Assembly (NCBI GenBank): GCA_004764695.1
Contig: SMSO01000032.1
Location: forward strand, 4,186,483-4,250,482
Direction of reading: 5' to 3'
From: Schizochytrium sp. TIO01
Taxonomy: Eukaryota; Protista; Bigyra: Labyrinthulomycetes
DNA length: 64,000 nucleotides
How positions within the stretch are numbered: position 1 is the first letter of the stretch; the number at the start of each line of letters is the position of its first letter. The notes under the pieces are model-generated. The model ran no database searches. It had not been told where the DNA came from and saw only the letters and a list, made by a program, of their open reading frames with translations. This document shows, piece after piece, positions 1 to 9,743 of the stretch. Position numbers and translations under genes: made by a program.

Positions 1-502
1 ATGTCTTGATTGCTTCCTTGCTTGCCATCCCCACCATCTTCAAAGTGGTTCTTCTGGTGGGCTGACACGTTTGAGGAGACATCTTTCGAGGCGAAGCGGA
101 GATTTGGACGAACTTGAAGACCGAAACGATCTTGCAAACCTATTTATGTATGCACGTCCTGCAAAACCTCTACAAAAAGATACAGTGGGAAATATAGATA
201 TCGAGGGTAGTAGTCCCTAGTGTCCACCTAGGTATCCAAGTTGCAGGTAAGGAAGTAGGCATCTTATTAACTAGCAGGAGTGGGTTAGTTAACTCTGCTT
301 TGGGCAGCTCATCGAAAAGACTGTTGCTCTGCTTTCAATAGCTGTCTTATACGAGCGGATCTTAATCGAGCTCCTACAGCAACACTTATGCGCTTATGAA
401 AACGTTCGAGCTTGTATAACCTCCAAATGTTTGATAGTGTCTATTTTATATGAATGATGTAATTGCTCAGATCTTTGTTAAGAAGTGGGGTGAGGTAAGA
501 TA

Positions 503-890
503 ATGGCACGGCCAAGGAACCACTAAGCTTCAAACACTACAAGTGAAGCAAACCTTCAATATAAGCAACCAAAGTACTTCAACCGAAGGCTTGGTGTCTC
601 AGCAAGTGCACCTCCGGCGCTTCCATGGAGGGAATCGCAATTACGCAAGTGACGATGTTGAAAGTATGTATGGCCGAGGTTTGTTCCGGCAGCCACGAGC
701 AACGCAGCGCTTATCCGTACCAATATCTACGCCCTAATACCCTCCGCCAAACAAGGAAAGGATTCCAAACGCTAGATCGGTGACCTTCAACGTGCCTATC
801 CAGACCCCTAACCGTCTACAAAGACATCCGTAGTGAGGTCAACTTCAAAAGGCCGGGCTTGCGCGCCCTCCTGATAGCAGCAGAGACGGC
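503..890 (+). pseudogene. tnpA: IS607-type serine recombinase/transposase TnpA relic (MerR-like HTH plus catalytic domain)
   Basis: Read across frameshifts: PKYFNRRLGVSAS..LRRFHGGNRNYASDDVE (HTH, cf. LGVSxxTLRRW..GGHRRY); 725-805 IYALIPSAKQGKDSKR*IGDLQRAYPD (cf. IYARVSSxxQKxDLxRQ); 814-873 VYKDIRSEVNFKRPGLRALL (cf. DIGSGLNFKRxGL). The YARVS motif is mutated and there is a stop at 773. The 3' boundary is ambiguous (about 890 or about 1115). Confidence 0.85.
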
Positions 891-917
891 CAGGCTATCG
901 AAGACTACTGCACTTAA

Positions 918-2030
918 CTCAGGAGATAGTCTGGCGTTACCAAAAGAGCTTATAACGTTGCCTTTCATTATGATTTGTCTAAAGGTAAAAACGAAGCCGT
1001 GGCCGTACATCAAGATGTATGCATCAGGAAGGATCCTAAAACGAAGCAAGTCCTGAACGACGAAGAAGACAATTCCAAAGTGTTTGGCCATAGCTATGGA
1101 GAAAAGAAAACATCACGCCTTAACGGAGATATGGACGCACCTAATCAGGTCTTCGGAGTACCACAAGCTTTGCGCGAGTTTTTCAAAGCTCTCGATGCTG
1201 CGAGTAAAAAATGAGAAATTAGCCGTTCATAAAAAAACTTTGCATTCGCCTTCTTACAAAGTTCATACAAAACGTGATAAAATCCAATTATCCAGCTCGG
1301 CTCAAGCGATTGGAACATAAGAGAATGCAAAACCTCACTCTTTTTCAAGAGCTTTTGGACTCGCAAAGAAATGTTATCTGGCCACGTAACGAACGCCATG
1401 CGTGTGCAAATCATTCTCCTAGCTCATGTTTACTTCTGCTTTTGCACGAAGGAAAAGCCCGGTCAGAAGATTAATCACCCGATCTGCACCATAGTACCAT
1501 TGCCTCGGAACCAGGAGTACGTTTGTTTCAGACCATGTACGACGCTGATGGCCGAGCCATTGAACGGAAGACACAAAACCCATATATTTTCTCTGTCGCC
1601 GCGCGGATATGATTGAAAGTAATCTGGCCAAAAAGAAAGAAGGCAAAACTGCTTTGAGACGCGCATCCCTCCGCGCATTACTCAAGAACAAGCCTATCGG
1701 GATTCACCGCAAGCTTGTACCTTGGTTCTGTGAAAGCTATCGTGTTATTCTTTTGCCTAAATTTGAGACCACCCAGATGGTCAACAAGCTAAGAAGTCAG
1801 ATCAAATGCAAGACTGCTCGAATGATGTGTCCTTGGGGCCACTTTAGCTTCTCCCAAGCGCCCATTGTTAACTTTCTATTTACCGAGTGGATTTCACTTC
1901 AAAAACATGCAATGAATATGGTACCATACACGACAAGCTCGGAACATCTATGTTTTCCAATACCCCAAAATGCATTACAATCCTGATCGTGATATCCCTT
2001 TTGTATTACCTATCCAAGGACATGATTTAA
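918..2030 (+). pseudogene. Fanzor2 (TnpB-like RNA-guided RuvC nuclease) relic
   Basis: 918 LRR*SGVTKRAYNVA (cf. LxxWFGxxRxxYN); ALREFFKAL; RuvC-I 1499-1552 IASEPGVRLFQTMYDADG (cf. IALDPGVRTF, catalytic D to E); IHRKLVPWFCESYRVILLPKFETTQMV..KTARMMCPWGHFSF; 1890 DFTSKTCNEYGTIHDKLG..PKC (zinc-finger region); RuvC-III DRDI at 1985; ends LLYYLSKDMI* at 2030. Multiple frameshifts and stops. Confidence 0.9.
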
Positions 2031-2141
2031 GAACTGACTTGACTTCCGGGTTTGCTTTTTAACCTCGCGATGGAGCCTTAGCCCGACTTGTCACCGCAGG
2101 AAATGCAAATTTTGCAAATTTTATAGGTGAAGTTCTAGGTG
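2031..2141 (+). ncRNA. Candidate Fanzor omegaRNA scaffold / element right end, copy 1 (decayed)
   Basis: Non-coding segment directly after the Fanzor stop. It is conserved with 30467-30575, and similarity ends at about 2141. This is the position where TnpB/Fanzor omegaRNAs are encoded. Contains TGCAAATTTTGCA and a tandem GCAAATTTT pair (2105-2122). Confidence 0.55.
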
Positions 2142-3673
2142 AACAAACTGCGTGGAAACAAGTAGGTAACGGAGGGGAAGGACTCAAACTTACATATATA
2201 GATAGCTTCAGGACCTCTGTAGGTAAGTAGTTAAGTAGGCACCTAGTCGTTGATTTGATCGTCTTCAGCCTACGAAAACGAAGGGGCTAAACTGTAATAT
2301 AACGATTGCTCAGAGTCGTCCCTACCTTCAACTCCGTTCAGCCATTTAGAAAGATTCTTAGATCCAGTTTCCTCAGTTACTTTTCTTAGATTCTCATTCA
2401 CTCCTTCTTTCACTCCTCTGAAGTCTTTACAGGCACTTCCAAAAGGGAGGAGAGCAGACGAACAAGCAAACAAGAAAATAGAAGAAAGCGGCCAAATTGT
2501 CGTAGTTCCTTTGTTTCTTTGTTTGTTAATTGTCTCTTTATTTCCAATTCAATCCACGTCACGGTAGATGTCGTTATTTACTTATCAGTCTCTTGGTTTG
2601 CTTCCGTTCAACGAAAACGAGCACGCGAATCGAATGAATAAACGATTAGCACCAAGCTCCAAGCGGAGGAGGGCTCTTGCAGCACCAAATTATGGCTCTT
2701 GAGCCGGGTCTTATTGGAGCGAGCGAGGGCATCGGCGAAAATGCCGCACCGGGAAGCCCACCTGTAATTTTACACAGCTTTTTGCTTCTCTTTCTTTAAT
2801 AGGCACTATGAGCTTTGGCCAATCGACCTTCAAAGGAAGAAAGAGGACTTAACATTGGAGTGTGAGCCAATCCTTTTCAGGTTAGCAAGGAAATCAATCA
2901 ACTTATATTTGATGAGATTCATTCTTATTGAATGACTTTCTTTTCATTGAAATTGTTCATGAAATAAAGTAAAGAGATAAAAAGATGAATTGAAAAATAC
3001 ATGAATGAATAAATCAGATAACATAAGATGTTTTGAGATTATGGTCAACTGCCGCCGCTATGATATCTATATGCTTACCAGGGTAGGCTAATCAGAGGTA
3101 TGAATGAACGATGGTTCAATATGCTGCCTCGATGATGCCTCTCTCTGTAACGAAACTAGACATCTATCTACCTAGTTTCTCAAACTGACCTAAGGGCGGA
3201 AGGCCGTTTGGAGTTACTAAAGATCGGTGAAAGGCAATGACTGAGTAGGTGGCTAAAGTTGAGCTCCAGAGTTTGGGAAATCATTACCAACGAAGTAGGC
3301 AAATGTCCAACAAGTGCTTCTTTAAACATAGATGGGCTTCTCTTTTATCAATTATTTAGTACTTGTAAGCTTGTAATTTATAATTCTTTTTTTATTAAGA
3401 TAAAACAATACTCTTTTTAAGTAACAGAGGAAAGAGAGAAATAAAAGATTGAAAAAGAGCGAGGAAGATAAGTACTTCCTAGGTACTACTAGGGGTGGGC
3501 GGTACGTACACATGTAGGTACGGGAGGTAATCGTAAGGCACAGAGGCCGTTTGACTTTGCCCGAGATGGTGTAGATTAGCTAGTTGGGCAGTGAAAAAAC
3601 CAACATCCAGTCACAATGCCTACAGCACATTTAATGGCAGGTGTCACTCTGAACGTGATATGATGAAAAGCAC

Positions 3674-4250
3674 TTACAAGCTAAGCTGCACGGTCGAGAA
3701 ATCAGGCTTGGAGCTTTCTACCTTTGCATAACTTGCAGAAGTTCTGAAAACAAGCACTTGACAATTCATTCTAATCTCTGCGTCATAGTTGTGGGGACAA
3801 CTTCTGAAAACGAGCACTTCGCAATTTATTTTAATACCTGTGCCATATATTTGTGGGGACAACAAAAGGTCCCAGGATAAATTAAGTGAAGAAGCGATGC
3901 CTGATTTCAAGAAACCTCTCCCATGAGAATGCATATCTTTAAATACCGATTTGCCCAGATGTTGAATATCGGATATTCGAAATTCCATACAATATAAATT
4001 CAAAGCAGTACTTGCTTAACTCCGCGCACTGGCAACGTTACTGACTGATCCTCAGCTGAGCAAATGATTCGCATTCGAATAAAGCTGCAATATATATTGT
4101 TTCGCTTTGAAAATGACGATTCGGAGACCTCAGCAATCGATCATCAAGTCAGGAGTTGCGATGCAGCGAAATACACATCCTTCTCACTTCCTTCGCTTGC
4201 TTGGTTCCAAGCCGCCAATCCAAACGTATCTTCAGAGATACTAACTGGCG
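3674..4250 (-). pseudogene. Possible decayed cysteine-containing LRR (FBXL-like) gene fragment
   Basis: The minus-strand ORF reads SPQIYGTGIKINCEVLVFRSCPHNYDAEIRMNCQVLVFR, which resembles LRR_CC spacing (CPxITDxxI..NC..L.VL). An upstream fragment FAASQLLT**SIAEVS is similar. Heavily degraded. Confidence 0.3.
3742..3863. repeat. Imperfect 60-bp tandem duplication
   Basis: ttctgaaaacaagcacttg...ttgtggggacaac (3742-3801) followed by ttctgaaaacgagcacttc...ttgtggggacaac (3802-3863). Confidence 0.8.
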
Positions 4251-7200
4251 CTGCCACACGTGCTGCCGTTCACACTAAAACTACCGAGCCAAGAAGCAAA
4301 TGACTCTCAGACTTGCGATGCAGAAAAACGTACAAAAGGTCTTGTGCTGTGGTCTGCTTTTAGAAGCGAGCTTGCAGTTGGGAAGAGCAATAGCAATAGT
4401 ACCTAGAACTCTTCAGCAGTGAACCTTGACATGTTCTTTCTTTCTCATCAGCGATTTGCCGCTTCCTGAAGCCTGTTATGGCCGCAGTTGATGATAGCGA
4501 TTGCTTTGAAAACTTATATGACACAACGAAAACCCTCAATCTCAGAAGCCTGCACAGCTAGCTGATCTACGTATCTGAGCAAGTTACAAACCAACAAAAC
4601 TTGCCGCTAGGTACTTACCTACTACGGTTTCCTCTTGTACAGCATTCGAGTTAGCTTTTGATACTGCGTGCTGTTAGCTTTTGTGCGCGAGCCATCCAAG
4701 CCTTGTGGCGTTTGGCTCCGCGTGTCTAGCTTGTTAGATTGCTTGCAGTTGCTTGTATGCGCTTGCAGTTGTTTGTGTGCTTTTTGCGTGCAGGTACGTG
4801 CCATTTCATCCCGGCGTGGCACGTGAATTTAATTAAATAAAACTCCGTCGTTTTTCAGTATTAGTGAAAGTACGTGAATCAACCCAAGACAATCTGTTCA
4901 ATTAGTGAATTCTTCACGATACACGAGATGCGGGTGGTATCTGAGGAGCAGACACGAGCACCAGTTCGTGGAAGCTCGCCGAATGGAATCAAAGCCGCCA
5001 AGTGCTTCGTCGGTCCGCCTCCATTCGGCTCGCCGAAACGCTCTCCCACAACGAGATTGGCAGGCGCTACAAGCTGAGAAAGCAGTTGACCACTAAAAAA
5101 AGTATATGAAAATAATAAGAAAAGAAATAAAAAGTAATAAAAATAGTTGCTGCTCAACAAGATGGGTTCATATTCGTTTTAGCTGCCTTTGAGGCTGATT
5201 AGTTAAATGTTCTGACCTGTTTTAGCGCGATAATTAAGATGCACGAATAGTTAGACTCGCATTGAGCAGTGACCTCCCATTGATCTCCACCTTCGTCACC
5301 TGCCTCGCCATATGTTGCCATACTTGTGAAGCGACGGGTGGGATGAAAATTGCGAAATTTCAGAATGCAAAAACTTGGAACACTTTTAAAGTAGTAAATA
5401 AGTTGACATTAAAAACAAGTTTTAACTTTAAAACAACTGTTTTATTTTCTTAGCATTAAAAAAAAAAAAAAAAATGAAACAGAAACGCAATGAGATAAAA
5501 AGGTGATGAATGAAATTTGGATACGACCCGGAGCAAGATCTTCGTGTCTCAGCAGTAGACTCGAGGTTCTGCACATAGCAGTAGTATCAAATACTTGAAG
5601 ATACCTCGCCACGTGAATACATGCAGGGTCGGCATGCTGACTCAGGTCTTGGAATATTCAAACTCTTTGCATGTATTGGTTGTACAGATCGTGTCAGATG
5701 TGGTTTTCTATTCGAGAGGTGGTTTTGCATAGTGCTTTGAAGATCAAAAGAAGGACACGTGGAAACGAAAGGATCTAGAAGAGAAAGGAAGAAAGAAAGA
5801 AAGAAAAAGACAAATTGCAACAAACAGCATTTGTGAACATGTAAAAGTTGGAATGAAAACATCTCTTGGCTTATCTCACTGGCTTCCTTGTTCAATAACC
5901 ATCGCTGTCAGCAAGATGACGAAATATGTTGGTTGACGAACGCTTAAATGTGGATTTGAAAGTCAATGAAGCCCTTCAAATCAATCAGTACAATGTTCTT
6001 TAAAAGTTATGCCTGTCTACCTTTATTTAAACAAGAGTACTTGCGATGTTTTGCGTTTGCGAAAGCGTGAAACGGACGAAGATCTTAGATCTGCTATTTT
6101 TTACTGTCACGTTTTGATAATGAGGAATTAGAAATATATGTTAGCATCTCATTATTTGTCAAGAATACGAATTAAGGACATTTGTTATTCAGCCTAAACC
6201 ACTCAAACTTACCTCATCTACAAAGTTCACACATAGGGCAACGCAATCCAAGGCCATGCCCACTACCATTCGATCTCTAGGCTATAAGTGACGTCCCTCT
6301 ACCAAACTTTCATGGGAGAGTATTTGTGCGACATCGTCTTGATGCTAACAACTATTTGATCGCATACGAGACAACCTGTGGTAGAAGGCTTGAAATAACC
6401 ACAGCGACCCTACTTGGACGAGCGAACGTCCACGCCAGAACAGTTGGTTTGCTCATTTTGGGCGGCTGCTTTATACTATGTGGCTTGGCGGTTACTATCT
6501 TTGCACAACACATTGAATCTATTTGCCCTGTTATCTAGTACAACAAACTTTTCACGAATAATCTGAACTGGAGGTTGCACGCATTCTGCATTCTCTTGAC
6601 AACCTTCATGTTGTTTGCTTGGAGCACCTCGTTTCCAGCAAAAACAGCTGCCAGAACTATTTCATTCATTTCCCCCTTTTCTGTAGTCGCCGCGACTGGC
6701 CCTGAAAACATTAATCTTCTTTGCTGCTTAGTCCCACCTAAAATCTCGCTTCCTAGGAGTCAGGTCTCATCTCAGAGACGACTTTTCCAATTATAAAGTT
6801 TAACGAGCACTCTAAAACCTTGAAGCGGATTTCGAGAGGCATGTTTGGCAGCTGGGAGTATCGAACCTACGCATTCAGATACCTGCAAGAGAATGTTTGC
6901 TTGATGCAAATTGCAGAAGCAAGGTAAGCAGCCATAGAATTTGAGGCACTGTGCGCGTGGAGATTTGTAAAGCTAAAAGCCAACTTCCTCAACTGCCTCC
7001 GACTTCCCACTCGTTTTGACTCGTGCCGAAGCGAACTTGGCAGTCTAACATCGTGTGATTCTGCTCTGTCCCCGGCCTCATTCCAAACACGAACCCTTGC
7101 CATTGCGACTCGGAACCAATGGAGCTCGTTTGCATACGTCCATGTATGCATTGCTTTCGTTGCGTGGCATCTCTACAGTGCAAAATTTGATTGAGATTTT

Positions 7201-7956
7201 AGTTTGAGCAAAAGCCAAATCTTTTAGAATGTTTTTTTTCTTTCTTTTTTCTCTTTTCTTTTCTTTTCTTTTCATCAAAACAAAACGATGGTTTAAGCCG
7301 CTTCCTACAACTTAAAAAATATAAAAAGAGAGATGAAAACCATCTAAGTAGTTAGTAGTAGTAGGTACTAAGGTACCTGCCTCTTGTTACTCATGTCACT
7401 AAAAAGTGTCTCTTGTTCTCTATCCAATCAGATCGTTCATGCGTACATCCAACGCCGTCATCACCAATTAGTTGCGATTTACGGACAGAAAATACCAAGA
7501 TAACAAAATAAGTGCCCCAACTGGCCATGGCCGCTCACCTACTGCTTTCTGCTCCTGCTAAGGAGGACTTGAAAGTCACGACACATGCGTGCATCCTACT
7601 ACATCAGCATAACGCAGGTTGAGTGATTCAATTCACAGTTTCGAGTGCTTGTGGAGATTTGTCAAGCTCGGTTTATTTAAACATAATGTGCAAATGGATG
7701 AACTTCATGCGATTTATACAGCCTTGGATTGCTGAAGTCACCCGGGCGATGGTGTAATGTCACCACCAGGTTTGCGGAAGGGTTTGGCTGGTGTGGATAA
7801 GAGGAAGGGCAGGCTTACAGCTTACAGCTGTGCAGGTTGGCCGTAAACCTCGGGACCAGATCATAAGCTGCGTTATCTGGCGCTGGCCCGTGAAGTGTAA
7901 GTAAATGCAAGCGTTGTACACATGGTACCTCACGTAAGCAATGCTGCAGTCTAATA

Positions 7957-8200
7957 TTTCTTGAAGGTGGAAGTGCAAGTGAGTCCAAGTATGTTGTTTA
8001 CAATGGTTCCCTTTTTGCAAAATGAGTGTGGCCCCCTACGAGTAGAACCAGTTACAACATCACTCATTCCTAATACTGCAACGTGTATGCAAGTAATGAG
8101 AGTGTGACGGAGCAGTATGCTTTGAAACATATTGTGTGAAAATCATATGCAGAAAATGAGGCTTCTGATATTGCAGATTCTCCACAAAGACAGCTCGCTA
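7957..8200 (+). pseudogene. Possible protein-kinase N-lobe relic
   Basis: One frame with internal stops reads FLEGGSASESKYVVY...EQYALKHIV*KSYAENE, resembling a Gly-rich loop, an ALK motif and a helix-C Glu. No HRD or DFG motif seen. Confidence 0.2.
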
Positions 8201-8875
8201 ATTGATATAAAGAAGTGAGGGAGTCTTTACTTTTGCAGCTTCCTCCAGCGGTTTAGCTGAGATAAACTTTTTGAGGGACTGATCCAGCATTGTTGATAAC
8301 GGTGTTGTGGTTACTGGATTATTTTTGGAGCAAGCTAGCTAGTGAGAACCTCCAACTCAATCCAATTTTTTTGAGTGTCGCAAAAAAACCTTTACTCCAA
8401 ATGCTAGGTTTAGTAGGTAGCTAGCTACCTCATGCTGACAAAGGTCTATCTTCCATCTGAGCAAAAAAACTAGCGCTTAGAACGACCTTAAATTAGTATG
8501 GAGGGTAGATGAGACGTTCTAGAACAGTGTTCTGTTCTAAACCAACCAAACATGTAATTTCTCACCTTGATAATTTGGAGTCCTATGGACATACCAGGTT
8601 CACTATTGATTTCTATCTCACTTTACTTCACATAATTGAAGATTTGTTATGTAGAATTCACAAACATGATAGTAGCACTTCCTAAAGTGTGGGTTTTCTA
8701 GACTCTGCGGTTGATATTGAATTAAGAAATCCACGAGATAAGCCTATAAATATAGGCGTCCCAACTTTTCTTCTATATAGTTCATTCACAGCTAGTCTAT
8801 CGATTCCAAATTATTCACAAAAATGATGCATACGAGCCTCAGTCCATGTCATTTTAGTGGTTGCAAAATATGATT

Positions 8876-8894
8876 TATATATATATATATATAT
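8876..8894. repeat. (TA)n microsatellite
   Basis: Direct reading. Confidence 0.9.
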
Positions 8895-9743
8895 CAAACA
8901 TAATAGCAGCTGATCACATCATGATGGTAAACTTTCAAGTGCACTTTATTCGAGGATTTTCTAAAAGGAAGGGTTAATGTCAAGAGCAATAATGCATACA
9001 CACATTATACTGCTTAGTGTTAACAAAAAAGAGATAGAAGAACCTATCAGTAGGTAGTGTAACACATTTGAGACCTGAGAATGGCTTTCTTCTCTCTTAG
9101 ACCAGTCCTTTTATCCCTTTACTGAGTAATAACTCAAGCTGAAGTATAGGAGGGCTCTGCAAGAACTAGCTTTGATGAGTCTCTCAAAAACAGGGATGTA
9201 CTAGGAATGAGAAGCTTTGTCTTCTTGGTGAGATGGGCGCATTGCGTTTCTTTGAAGCCAAACCAGGAAAACCTATTTGACTTGAGTATTTTCTCCAAGA
9301 TTTCAACAAACACCCTTTGACTGGTGAGAGTAGCTTAATTTGAATATTTTCTCAAAAATGAAAACAACAAAATAAAACAAAATAAAAAACGGACTTCCTA
9401 GTGAGCAACCATAGTAGTCCATAGCACCTTTAGATAATCCAATTAGTAATGACAATCAGTCATGGCTGACAAACTGAATAGATTATCGATTTACAATACT
9501 ATGATTGCTTGGAGATGATTGAAAATTGTCGGAGATTGTTGCGTTTAGTTGTTGTTAAAGCTAGTGTTGATACTTGTCTTGGGTAGACATGCTCTAGTTG
9601 AATTGATTTTATCGATTCGGGTTGATTTAAATCTGCTGTTTGATAGCTTTGATAGCTTTCTCATTTTGAGACTTGCTTCGTTCCCATCATTCCCGTATGG
9701 GTTACTCCCAAACGAAGTTCTGTTTGGGTGGAATATTATACAA

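Larger units (their letters stand above)
308..2141 (+). mobile_element. Decayed IS607-family-like element carrying TnpA (serine recombinase) and Fanzor2/TnpB, copy 1
   Basis: Frameshifted TnpA and Fanzor2 motifs in tandem on the + strand. Collinear nucleotide similarity to 29340-30575 at both ends, e.g. 393-445 'cttatgaaaacg...acctccaaatgtttgatagtgtctatt' vs 29733-29780, and 2064-2141 vs 30498-30575. Left boundary approximate. Confidence 0.85.

Noticed and set aside
4796-4824. Hairpin ACGTGCCA..TGGCACGT as a possible Helitron 3' hairpin
   Set aside because: No CTRR terminus at the expected distance and no second copy in the window. An 8-bp stem can arise by chance.
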